Virus record (IMG/VR): IMGVR_UViG_3300029368_000161
Length of the DNA: 64,000 nucleotides
Origin: a virus
Direction: 5' to 3' (one strand)
Position numbers and translations under genes: made by a program. The notes beneath the pieces were generated by a model. The model was not told the origin of the DNA. It did no database searches and saw nothing but the letters and a program-made list of their open reading frames with translations. Positions 19,248 to 27,944 of the stretch are shown here, piece after piece. Each line of letters begins with the position of its first letter. Position 1 is the stretch's first letter.

Positions 19248-19301
19248 TTTATTGCATATTAAGGGTGTAAACAAAACATATTTGAAAGGAGAATTGAAAC
19301 T
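19248..19301 (+). promoter_or_regulatory. Type-A promoter/leader module
   Basis: attgcatattaagggtgtaaacaaaacatatttgaaaggagaattgaaactATG. Confidence 0.55.
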
Positions 19302-19796
19302 ATGAAAGAGTACAAAGAATTTAAAGATCAGGATGAAATGTATAAAGTAATTACTTTCTGGAGTAATTGCTGCGGTGACCTGCATCACAACGGGGAATAC
19401 GATGTCAGCGAGGAACAGCTTCCGGAAGAATTGCAAAGGGCATACCGCGAACTGTGGGAAGAAGGCAACGGATGCCTGGAATATCTTCTTGAGTATGGCG
19501 GCAGATATTACGTTGCGTTGTCTGCGGAATTTGATGGCGATTACGCAGATATGCTTGGTCTTTCCATGGACGAACTGTATGCGGTTGGTAAATGCAATGC
19601 ACTTAAACTGTATTGCACGGATCTGTTTAAGGATACACTGCTTCTTATGGCAAAAAAGCCGCTAGATGGAGATTGCCACGAATTCATATTCCTGGTTCCG
19701 GCAATGGAGTCGAAGGAAGTTTACGATGAAATCGAGAAGGAAATCAGCAAAAAAATCTGGGATGTCCCGAAGGAAGTTGTGGATAAGAGAAGATAG
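19302..19796 (+). CDS. hypothetical acidic protein (164 aa)
   Basis: ORF with a type-A leader. Confidence 0.55.
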   Translation: MKEYKEFKDQDEMYKVITFWSNCCGDLHHNGEYDVSEEQLPEELQRAYRELWEEGNGCLEYLLEYGGRYYVALSAEFDGDYADMLGLSMDELYAVGKCNALKLYCTDLFKDTLLLMAKKPLDGDCHEFIFLVPAMESKEVYDEIEKEISKKIWDVPKEVVDKRR

Positions 19797-19939
19797 CAAC
19801 AAATCACTTAAGGGGGAATGGGAAACCGTTCCTTCTTTTTCTGCCTGCAAGCAGACGATGTATACAGTTTATTTCAAAAATTAAAATATGAGGTTTTTCA
19901 GTATACGGTTGTAAAAATATTTTTAAAAAACTTTCTAAA

Positions 19940-19978
19940 TTCCTTTGACAATTTTCCAGATGGCGCAATATGTGTATT
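19940..19978 (+). promoter_or_regulatory. Type-B promoter
   Basis: cctttgacaattttccagatggcgcaatatgtgtattg. Confidence 0.5.
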
Positions 19979-20115
19979 GTAAAGGTCATAAACCGGGCTG
20001 CCAGGGTTACCGGCTGGCAGAAATCCTTTCGAAAATGTTTACGCTTCCGGGAAAACCCGGAAAGGAGCAGGAGGACAGCAGCACATGCTGCTTCCGGGTG
20101 CGATTCCCGGATGCT
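19979..20115 (+). promoter_or_regulatory. L1 structured 5' leader RNA, copy a (candidate riboswitch/attenuator) upstream of the helicase gene
   Basis: gtaaaggtcataaaccgggctgccagggttaccggctggcag...ttccgggaaaacccggaa...GGAGCAgg..agcagcacatgctgct..tccgggtgcgattcccgga-TGCTTC-tttt. About 85% identical to the copies at 33143 and 38171. The outer stem covaries across copies (GGAGCA/TGCTTC here). The T-arm-like hairpin is followed by a U-tract. Confidence 0.5.
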
Positions 20116-20184
20116 TCTTTTACAAGACCGCACGAAGCGGCGCAAAAACCACATAAACATGACAAAATACAGGGAGATTAAAAA

Positions 20185-22485
20185 ATGAATCAGAATAAGA
20201 AGATAGCAGAGAAAAAATCAAGACCATACCAGCAGGAATGCATTGATAAGGTAGACAGCTTAAAAGAAGGAAGATTCCTGATTGCTCTTGCAACAGGGCT
20301 TGGGAAGACATGGATCTTCTCCCATTTTAAGAGATACGGAAGAGTGCTTATTCTTTCACACAGGGATGAACTGGTCAACCAGCCGAGACGGTATTTCGAC
20401 TGTAGTTTTGGCGTAGAAAAGGCAGAAAACCATTCCAATGGGGAAGAGGTAGTATCTGCGAGTGTTCAGACACTCAGCCATGACTCCCGTCTTAAGCAGT
20501 ATAAGCCGGACGATTTCCACACGATCATCATTGATGAGGCGCACCACGCTGCCGCGCCATCCTATAAGAAGATCTTAAATTACTTTTCCGGCGCTAAGCG
20601 TGTGATCGGTGTCACGGCAACTCCGAAGCGTAGCGACAACGTCCGGTTAGATGACGTTTTTAACGAGATTATTTATGCAAAGGACCTTCGTTGGGGGATT
20701 AAAAATAAATATTTAAGTCCGGTGCACTGCCGGGAGGTCCGTGCAAAATATTCCCTGAAAGGCGTAAAAAAATCTATGGGGGATTTTAATGTATCCGATT
20801 TGGACGGTTGTATTACGGAAGAAGCTGTAATAAGTGTTGCAAAAGTTCTTACAGACTGTCTTCAGGAGAATCGGCATATTCTTATTTATTGTACTACTGT
20901 CAGAACCTGTAATTTCCTGAAGGCAGTAGTTGACAAACTGCTCCCGGAAAAAGAACGTGGCAGTGTTGCTGTTTTATCAGGGAAAACGCAGGAAGAAGAT
21001 AGAAAAAATATGCTTGATGGTTTTATGAACGGGAGTGTCCGCGCCATTATTAACTGCATGGTTTTAACAGAAGGTACAGATCTTCCTATTACGGATACCA
21101 TTATCAACTTCCGGCCGACGTGCAACGCGTCTTTGTATCAGCAGATCATCGGAAGAGGAACCCGGCTCTATGAAGGTAAGGAAAACTGTTTATGCATTGA
21201 TATTCTTCCAGATGATGGCAGCGGAACAAATCTGTGTACAGCTCTTACTCTTTTTGGTATAGATGCAAAACTTCTTGGAAAGAAACAGTCTCGAATGCTT
21301 GAAGGTGAGACTGATCCGCTTGAGATTAGCGATGAAATTGCAGGACGATTTGCAGAACTTACAAAGGCATATGAATATCGGTTGGAGCAGGTTAATCGCT
21401 TTGTGCAGGAGCAGGAAGAAATTATATCTTCTGCGCGGAAGAAACCACATGCAGATTTAAACGACCTTGCGCATGCAGTAGATAAATATAATTCAAAGAA
21501 AATGGATGAATTCCAAAATGATTATGATTTCCTTGGAATGGATTACTCACTTATGCCGGATACGGAACATCGTTATTGTATCAAACCTACATGGAATGAC
21601 CATATTTACCTTGCTGATCCAGATGTTATGGGAAATACAACAGTTACGTTTGATCTTACTGCTAGTGTCGGGAAATATTATATCGGTGAAATGAAAATGC
21701 AGGATGCAATTTCATTTGTTCATGATTTTTGTATGATATCTCCAGATTATATGAAATATTCCTGGAACGTGGCATTACAGGATGAATGGGGGAAAATAAA
21801 AGCAACTGAAAATCAAATTGGACGTCTTATGAATGAGTATGACGGGTTTCACAAAGGAAATATTAACAAACTTCAAGCATCCAGACTGATTGATCTTGCC
21901 TCTCGTATTTCGAAGATGAAGGCAGAGGGGAAAATGATGCTTATTACACCAAGAATGCAGGAAAAAACAATTGATAAAAAAAAGAAAATGTTTAAGGAAA
22001 TACTCGAAAAGGAACTGAGGGCAAAAGAGCAGGGGCGTAGTGAGTTTGGAGAATTCCAGTCGAAAATCTTTGCTTTAGCAGAAAAAAAGAAAAAAGACGA
22101 AGAGAAATTAAAGAACCAAAAGCCTTTGGAAGAAGAAATGCTCGAAAATGGGGCGATTACAGTTAATATTGCTGTTTTTAGTTCAAAAAAAACAGCAAGC
22201 GATGCGCAGATAAAATTTCTTGGTAATTTAAAAGATAAATTAAAAAACAGAGGAGTGGCTGTTGATAAAAAAATTCCTTATATAGGAATGGGAGCAGAAG
22301 AGGCAAGTGTATATATTACTATATTAAAAACGCTTGTAGATCGTAACGTAGACCTTATAAAATATGGTAAAAAAATTTATTTTAATCCAAATACAATCAT
22401 GAGTGTTGTATTAAAACTAAAGGACACTTCATCCAGAGAAATTAAATGTTGTATCCCGTTCGAAAAAATAGAAGAATTGAGATAA
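20185..22485 (+). CDS. SF2 DEAH-box helicase (type III restriction Res / phage helicase-like) with lysine-rich C-terminal extension
   Basis: Walker A LATGLGKTW, motif II IIIDEAHHAA, motif III VIGVTATP, motif VI QQIIGRGTR. 766 aa. There is no HD nuclease domain at the N-terminus. Confidence 0.8.
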   Translation: MNQNKKIAEKKSRPYQQECIDKVDSLKEGRFLIALATGLGKTWIFSHFKRYGRVLILSHRDELVNQPRRYFDCSFGVEKAENHSNGEEVVSASVQTLSHDSRLKQYKPDDFHTIIIDEAHHAAAPSYKKILNYFSGAKRVIGVTATPKRSDNVRLDDVFNEIIYAKDLRWGIKNKYLSPVHCREVRAKYSLKGVKKSMGDFNVSDLDGCITEEAVISVAKVLTDCLQENRHILIYCTTVRTCNFLKAVVDKLLPEKERGSVAVLSGKTQEEDRKNMLDGFMNGSVRAIINCMVLTEGTDLPITDTIINFRPTCNASLYQQIIGRGTRLYEGKENCLCIDILPDDGSGTNLCTALTLFGIDAKLLGKKQSRMLEGETDPLEISDEIAGRFAELTKAYEYRLEQVNRFVQEQEEIISSARKKPHADLNDLAHAVDKYNSKKMDEFQNDYDFLGMDYSLMPDTEHRYCIKPTWNDHIYLADPDVMGNTTVTFDLTASVGKYYIGEMKMQDAISFVHDFCMISPDYMKYSWNVALQDEWGKIKATENQIGRLMNEYDGFHKGNINKLQASRLIDLASRISKMKAEGKMMLITPRMQEKTIDKKKKMFKEILEKELRAKEQGRSEFGEFQSKIFALAEKKKKDEEKLKNQKPLEEEMLENGAITVNIAVFSSKKTASDAQIKFLGNLKDKLKNRGVAVDKKIPYIGMGAEEASVYITILKTLVDRNVDLIKYGKKIYFNPNTIMSVVLKLKDTSSREIKCCIPFEKIEELR

Positions 22486-22551
22486 TAATATTATATTAAA
22501 ATAAAAGTTTGATACTATGTATAAAAATAAATACAATATTCTTTTAAAATT

Positions 22552-22590
22552 TTTTTGACGTTTGTTTAAATGGCGCAATATTCATAACGA
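22552..22590 (+). promoter_or_regulatory. Type-B promoter driving mini-array M1
   Basis: ttttttgacgtttgtttaaatggcgcaatattcata, about 70 nt upstream of the first M1 repeat. Confidence 0.45.
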
Positions 22591-22659
22591 AGGAAGTAAA
22601 CAGTTAAAAATAATCCCACGGGGATAGAGGTTAGTGAATAGCTTTAAGCCACTGTTATA

Positions 22660-22893
22660 GTTGCACCACGCAAGGGTGCAGGGGTGAAATATTATACTGA
22701 ATCGTCGCTGCCTGCATAGATATAGTTGCATCCCTTATGGGATGTATGGGTTGAAATTCAATAGAAACAGATGCATTCGGAGGTGTTACAAGTTGCACCC
22801 CCGCAAGGGGTGCATGGGTTGAAAATAAGAAATGGTAGGAAGGAATTCAGATATGAACATTAGTTGCATCCCGCAAGGGTGCAGGGGTGAAGT
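22660..22893 (+). CRISPR. Mini CRISPR array M1: 4 degenerate type I-C-like repeats, 3 spacers
   Basis: Repeats are gttgcaccacgcaagggtgcaggggtgaaat, gttgcatcccttatgggatgtatgggttgaaat, gttgcacccccgcaaggggtgcatgggttgaaaat and gttgcatcccgcaagggtgcaggggtgaag. Spacers are 34-36 nt. Spacer 2 (tcaatagaaacagatgcattcggaggtgttacaa) recurs in M3. Confidence 0.7.
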
Positions 22894-23052
22894 AAAAGGA
22901 TGTTGCCATATATGTCAACCAAACTCGACTATTGAATAAATAACCGAGCATGATTCCTTCGGAACTGCTGAATCATGTAGTCTGACTGGTGAAGCGATGG
23001 TATACATATTTGAACAAATTAAACAAAAATACAGAATCAGAGGGAAAATAAT

Positions 23053-23700
23053 ATGTCAAAAACAAAAGGACTATCAAAGAAGAAAAAATTACTAAAAACG
23101 CTCATACATAAATACCTTCCATTGCAGGTACTACTTACTGTCTTTTTGTATGCAGTAATTGTATTTATTAACATTCCAATTAATAAATGGCTTACTCTCA
23201 ACTGTCAGAAATGGTCAAGTGGGGAATATCATTTTTATGATGCATTTTTTATTCTTCCATTTGCTGAACTGTTAATTTTTGCCATTATGTCTGCCGTTAT
23301 TTGCGCTGTTTATTATTTTGTCAGTGGAATAATCGCATATAGGAATTACTGTTACATTCCACTTACAGAAGATGAAATCAAGAAAAAAGGATTTAAAAAT
23401 GCAGATGAGTATTTTGCTTATGTGTGCAACATGTGTTCTTATGGTTTTAAAAATAATAAAGACTACATTCTTGTTGGTGATGAAGACCTCCAAAAAATGT
23501 TAACTACCTGTCTGCAGGTATTTCCTGATAATGGGACAATTTTTGGAATAAACCGCCATATGGTACGAAATATCATATGGGATCCTGATTTTCTTTCCGC
23601 ACTTGCACTAGCCAGTGACCAAAGGGCGGAAATCATCAATGGACGTGTTGTATTGTCTGGCACCACAAAAGATGGTGACAGAAAAGAATATAAGATATAA
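23053..23700 (+). CDS. array-associated membrane protein, paralog family 2 (MSKTKGxSKKK..., 2 TM segments)
   Basis: 215 aa, about 50% identical to the 46073 product. Begins about 160 nt after the last M1 repeat. Confidence 0.6.
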   Translation: MSKTKGLSKKKKLLKTLIHKYLPLQVLLTVFLYAVIVFINIPINKWLTLNCQKWSSGEYHFYDAFFILPFAELLIFAIMSAVICAVYYFVSGIIAYRNYCYIPLTEDEIKKKGFKNADEYFAYVCNMCSYGFKNNKDYILVGDEDLQKMLTTCLQVFPDNGTIFGINRHMVRNIIWDPDFLSALALASDQRAEIINGRVVLSGTTKDGDRKEYKI

Positions 23701-23716
23701 AGCAAGGAGATATAAT

Positions 23717-23935
23717 ATGTCAAAGAAAGCATCAGAAACACCGGAGGTGCCATCATATATCCCTCCGGCAAGTGAAAAGGAAAAGATTATAGAAAAGATC
23801 CGAAAAAAAGGAATTGAATGCAAACCGGATGGTACCGGGATTCCAATATTCTACACAAATGACCCGAAAGTAATGGATATGATCCGAAAAGAGATCAATG
23901 AACGATTTTCGTTCGGGTTTCATATTCGTCCATAG
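23717..23935 (+). CDS. hypothetical small protein (72 aa)
   Basis: AGCAAGGAGATATAAT-ATG start. Confidence 0.45.
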   Translation: MSKKASETPEVPSYIPPASEKEKIIEKIRKKGIECKPDGTGIPIFYTNDPKVMDMIRKEINERFSFGFHIRP

Positions 23936-23974
23936 GGAAAATAATAGAAAATAAGATTATAGGAGAAATAGTAC

Positions 23975-24307
23975 ATGTCAAAGAAAAAAATATCAAAAAA
24001 GAAAAATGTATTAAAGGTGTTATGGAATGAGTGTATAACATTCAAGGTGTTAATTTTTATCATAGCATATGTAGTGCTTGCGTTTATTAATATGCCATTT
24101 GAAAAATGGCTCTCACTTTATTTCGAATGGGAAAAATTAAAGGATTATCAAGAAGTATTCATGGAGGAGATAACATTATTAGTAATTCTCCCTCTCATGG
24201 AGATAGCTGCTGTTGCATTAATTTGTTTTATTATCTATGAGTTTTTTTGCTCTGTCAGTAAGATGATTGCATCTGATGAAGTAATTTCGATTGAAAAGGA
24301 AGAATGA
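23975..24307 (+). CDS. truncated paralog of family 2 membrane protein (110 aa)
   Basis: MSKKKISKKKNVLKVLWNECITFKVLIFIIAYVVLAFINMPFEKWL matches the N-termini of the 23053 and 46073 products. Confidence 0.55.
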   Translation: MSKKKISKKKNVLKVLWNECITFKVLIFIIAYVVLAFINMPFEKWLSLYFEWEKLKDYQEVFMEEITLLVILPLMEIAAVALICFIIYEFFCSVSKMIASDEVISIEKEE

Positions 24308-24375
24308 TACGAAAAGAACACCGCTATTAGGTCAGAAATAAATAGCAGAGGTTTGCAGATATAAGGAGGATCGGA

Positions 24376-24546
24376 ATGTGTACTTTAAAGGATAAGTTAG
24401 TGGAATGTGGAGCATGTGTAGCAGCTGTAATTCTTGTGTTGGCAGTTTGTTATGGACTAAGTTGGATTGTAACATGTGGAGTTATTAAGCTGATTACGAT
24501 GTGTTTTGGATTAACATTTAAGTGGTCCATTGCAACCGGTAAATGA
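24376..24546 (+). CDS. small hydrophobic peptide (56 aa, Cys-rich TM)
   Basis: RBS ATAAGGAGGATCGGA-ATG. Two hydrophobic segments. Confidence 0.35.
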   Translation: MCTLKDKLVECGACVAAVILVLAVCYGLSWIVTCGVIKLITMCFGLTFKWSIATGK

Positions 24547-24802
24547 GCTATGACAATATTAAATTTTATCATTGAGTGTTGGAAGAATTCTTGCGACGAA
24601 AAAATCAAAAGGAATTATGTTGAATCCCTTGCTAAAGTGGCGGTTTCAGTGGCCATCATTATTATATCTGTTTTATTATATTTGCACATATGAAATGTAT
24701 AACGGAAATGTATATTTTGGGGGAGGAGGGGTAAGTACAAACATAATTTTTAAAAAAGTAGCGCAAAGAAAGAATTCACTAATGCAGAAGGGGCGTAACA
24801 AT

Positions 24803-26626
24803 ATGATCAACGGAGAATTAGTTGTAGATAATTTTGCGGGCGGAGGAGGAGCTTCCACAGGAATTGAACTTGCTACCGGATACAGCGTAGACATAGCTAT
24901 TAACCATGATCCGGAGGCCATTAAGATGCATAAAGTAAATCATCCCAATACAAAACACTATTGTGAAAACGTATGGGAGGTTGATCCAGTAAAAGCCTGC
25001 AAGGGGCACCCTGTCGGTCTTGCATGGTTTTCTCCGGACTGTAAGCATTTTTCCAAGGCCAAGGGGGGAAAACCGGTAGAAAAGAATATTCGCGGTCTTG
25101 CGTGGGTTGTGCTTAAATGGGCGGCACTTGTCAGACCAAGAGTTATCATGCTTGAAAATGTGGAAGAATTTCAGACATGGGGACCATGTATTCCTATCAG
25201 GGATAAAGATACAGGACGCGTTATTGTCAGCATGGTAGGAAGGCATGACAGAGAGAAGAACGAGCCGCGTACGAGGGTTGCAGATCCAGGAGAAGTTGTT
25301 CCTGTGGATCGCCAGATATTCCAACCAGATCCTAAAAGGAGCGGCCAGACATACAAAAAATGGAGAAAGCAGCTAGAAGCACTTGGATATGAGATAGATA
25401 CAAAGGAACTTGTAGCAGCTGATTATGGCGCACCTACTATGAGAAAGAGATTCTTTATGATTGCACGGTGTGATGGCAAGCCGATTGTCTGGCCGGAACC
25501 AACACATGGACCGGCAGATAGTGAAGAGGTAAAGGCAGGACTGTTAAAACCATACGTTGGAGCGTATACGCAATTGGATTTTTCTCTTCCTTGCCCGAGC
25601 ATATTTGATACGGCAGAGGAAATCAAAAGGAAATATGGAATACGCGCTGTACGTCCATTGGCGCAGAAAACAATGGATCGAATCGCAAGAGGATTGAAAA
25701 AGTTCGTATTAGACAATCCGGAGCCGTTTATTATCCAATGCAATCATGGTGGAGAGCGTAGACAAAACGACATCAAAGAGCCTTTACCTACTATTACTGG
25801 AAAACACGGATATGGAATTGTGGAACCTAAGATTGTTCCATATATGGGAACCAATACAACAAATCATCCAGGTGGAAATTGTAAAAATCCTATACATACA
25901 ATTACAACAGGAAATCAACAGTGCCTTATCAGCCCAACGCTGATTCAGTATCATTCCGAAACATCGAAGGATGAAGTCAGAGGCCAATCGATTGAAGATC
26001 CGATAATGACCGTGGATGGTTCGAACCGATACGGATTGGTCACGTCGTTTCTACATAAATATTATGACGGAGGATACACTGGAGCTGGTGATACTGTCGA
26101 AAATCCGTTACCGACAGTAACATCCTGGGATCATAACAGTCTGTGTGCAGTTAATCTGATCCAAATGAATAATCATTGCGATGGAAGGGACGTGAAGGAG
26201 CCAATTCCAACAATCACAGCAGGCGATGGTCATTTCGGAGAGGTTAGAGCATTTCTGATCAAGTATTATGGTCAGGGAACTGGACAGGATGTTAAGGAAC
26301 CTTTGGATACGGTTACATCAAGAGATCGATTTGGTTTAGTTACAATTAATGGTACCGACTATAAGATCGTGGATATCGGATTGAGGATGCTTGAACCGAA
26401 AGAACTGTATGGATGCCAGGGATTTCCAGATGATTACATCATAGACCGCGATTACACAGGGAAAAAATACCCAAGAAGCGAGCAGGTACGCAGGTGTGGA
26501 AATGCTGTATGTCCTCCGATTCCGGCTGCTCTTGTAAAAGCAAATCTTCCGGAATTATGCGTAGCGAAACGCACTGGGAATATGAAAATTCGTGAGGAAC
26601 AGACCGGGCAGCTTAGATTTGCATAA
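24803..26626 (+). CDS. DNA (cytosine-5)-methyltransferase, large, with repeat-containing target-recognition region
   Basis: Motif I DNFAGGGGASTG, PC-type motif IV FSPDCKHFSKAKGG, motif VI MLENVEEF. Six tandem P-[LI]-x-T-[IV]-T units (PLPTITGKHGYG, PIHTITTGNQQC, PIMTVDGSNRYG, PLPTVTSWDHNS, PIPTITAGDGHF, PLDTVTSRDRFG). C-terminal GCQGFPDDY...RCGNAVCPP. The ATG at 24803 is chosen over the track's upstream start. Confidence 0.8.
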   Translation: MINGELVVDNFAGGGGASTGIELATGYSVDIAINHDPEAIKMHKVNHPNTKHYCENVWEVDPVKACKGHPVGLAWFSPDCKHFSKAKGGKPVEKNIRGLAWVVLKWAALVRPRVIMLENVEEFQTWGPCIPIRDKDTGRVIVSMVGRHDREKNEPRTRVADPGEVVPVDRQIFQPDPKRSGQTYKKWRKQLEALGYEIDTKELVAADYGAPTMRKRFFMIARCDGKPIVWPEPTHGPADSEEVKAGLLKPYVGAYTQLDFSLPCPSIFDTAEEIKRKYGIRAVRPLAQKTMDRIARGLKKFVLDNPEPFIIQCNHGGERRQNDIKEPLPTITGKHGYGIVEPKIVPYMGTNTTNHPGGNCKNPIHTITTGNQQCLISPTLIQYHSETSKDEVRGQSIEDPIMTVDGSNRYGLVTSFLHKYYDGGYTGAGDTVENPLPTVTSWDHNSLCAVNLIQMNNHCDGRDVKEPIPTITAGDGHFGEVRAFLIKYYGQGTGQDVKEPLDTVTSRDRFGLVTINGTDYKIVDIGLRMLEPKELYGCQGFPDDYIIDRDYTGKKYPRSEQVRRCGNAVCPPIPAALVKANLPELCVAKRTGNMKIREEQTGQLRFA

Positions 26627-26766
26627 ATTGCATAAATTGCTATACTGTAAAAAGAAAATGTAAATATTGCTATCATTTGTATTTTTATAGACGTTCATAT
26701 GCGCAATACATAATTCTTTTTGAAAAAGTAATGAGATGGTAACAAAGAAAAAAGGAGAGTGAAAGA

Positions 26767-27225
26767 GTGGTTCAAAATTTTGAGGCGTATGGAGTTGAAA
26801 TTACGGTAGAGAAACCAATTGCTGTATGCGTAGCGTGCTCATTTTGTGTAAACATAGATATGGCGGTGGATAAAAATGTTACTCATTTTTGTGAAATTCT
26901 TGGGAAAGAAATGACTAATCAAGAAGCTGATAATAAACCTTGTTCAGAATGTCCAATTACATATAGAAATAAAGAGTCTTTAAATGAAAAGAAGGAGAAA
27001 GGAAAAATGTTGATAATAAGTATTGTAATTTTATTTATGGGACTTGTATACATGGGGGCTATTGGAGTTGAAACTTTTTCACGCTCATTAATTTTTATTA
27101 TGATTTCCATCGTTGAGCTTTTTCTTATCGTGTATGCGGACCGAAAAGATTTTGAAGAAAAAAGAAAACGTGATCATTCCATAACTCAATATGATCCGGA
27201 TGAAGAAACAATAGAAGAGGATTAA
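26767..27225 (+). CDS. hypothetical protein with Cys motifs and C-terminal TM segment (152 aa, GTG start)
   Basis: AAAAAAGGAGAG RBS with a GTG start. Located in an AT-rich accessory region. Confidence 0.45.
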   Translation: MVQNFEAYGVEITVEKPIAVCVACSFCVNIDMAVDKNVTHFCEILGKEMTNQEADNKPCSECPITYRNKESLNEKKEKGKMLIISIVILFMGLVYMGAIGVETFSRSLIFIMISIVELFLIVYADRKDFEEKRKRDHSITQYDPDEETIEED

Positions 27226-27295
27226 AAAATGGGGGATGAAATTTGCTATTTGCATGCTTCAGAATAGGAAATTAAAAGGATAATGGAGAATAGAA

Positions 27296-27658
27296 ATGGG
27301 AGTTTTTCAAACAAAAGTATACAAGGAATGTTATCCATTTTCGAGAGAGGTTTTGTACAATACAGAAAAACGGAAATTAATAATTCATTTACTAGAATTC
27401 CGTAATCCGGATCTTGTTTATGGCTCAAAAAAGAAAGCAATGATAACTGGAAGAAAATTAAGGAAACAGGTTTTAGTTGCTGTTGACGAAGAATTAGATA
27501 AAATAGATGAAATTTATACATATATAGAAAATAGAGAGTATGCGAAAGTTGACGGTATTTATATGAATTGGCTTCTCAAATTCTACAAATCCAGGATACG
27601 ATGTTTTTTGGGAATAGGATTATATATGCCATATCAATGCTTTCAGTTATTTGAATAA
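27296..27658 (+). CDS. hypothetical protein (120 aa)
   Basis: ORF in an AT-rich region. Confidence 0.4.
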   Translation: MGVFQTKVYKECYPFSREVLYNTEKRKLIIHLLEFRNPDLVYGSKKKAMITGRKLRKQVLVAVDEELDKIDEIYTYIENREYAKVDGIYMNWLLKFYKSRIRCFLGIGLYMPYQCFQLFE

Positions 27659-27944
27659 AGGTGGTGATATAATTATGCATGAAATAGAAAACAAAATTTT
27701 AGAAGAATTGCTTGTTGCACCTTTGTGCATTGTTCAAGACCGGTATGGTGGATGTTATTCTGGAGCAGAATATCTGGCATTTAATATGGAACCGTATTTA
27801 GTAACAGAATTGGACGTAGATGCAGGTGATATGAGCTGTCGCGATTTTTGGGAATACGAAGCGAAAGAGTATATTATTGGAAAAGGAAATACTCCGTTAG
27901 AAGCACTATGCGATTTACAAATTAAATTAACTTCAAAGAAGTGA
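27651..27944 (+). CDS. hypothetical protein (97 aa)
   Basis: RBS AAGGTGGTGATATAATT-ATG. Confidence 0.4.
   Translation: MNKGGDIIMHEIENKILEELLVAPLCIVQDRYGGCYSGAEYLAFNMEPYLVTELDVDAGDMSCRDFWEYEAKEYIIGKGNTPLEALCDLQIKLTSKK

Noticed and set aside
20060-20112. T-arm-like hairpins (GGTTCGANTCC loops) in L1 and L2 leaders as additional tRNA genes or tRNA-derived att sites
   Set aside because: There is no D-arm or anticodon arm. The acceptor-like stem encloses only a small hairpin plus the T-arm, and a U-tract follows. They behave as terminator or minihelix elements and are reported as a regulatory RNA instead.
20185-22485. Whether the DEAH helicase could be the missing Cas3
   Set aside because: It has SF2 motifs but begins directly with motif I (no N-terminal HD nuclease domain). 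It lies 20 kb from the cas genes in an unrelated promoter cassette and has a long lysine-rich C-terminal tail. It looks like a phage or Res-type helicase rather than Cas3.
22660-22893. Mini-arrays as simple inverted-repeat terminators rather than CRISPR repeats
   Set aside because: Repeat-spacer periodicity (about 33 + 34 nt), the conserved 3' handle GGTTGAAAT and similarity to the main array's canonical I-C repeats argue for CRISPR-derived units.
24572-24802. Upstream extension of the C5-MTase ORF (track start 24572)
   Set aside because: The extension encodes low-complexity hydrophobic sequence with no RBS, whereas the MTase motif I begins right after the ATG at 24803.
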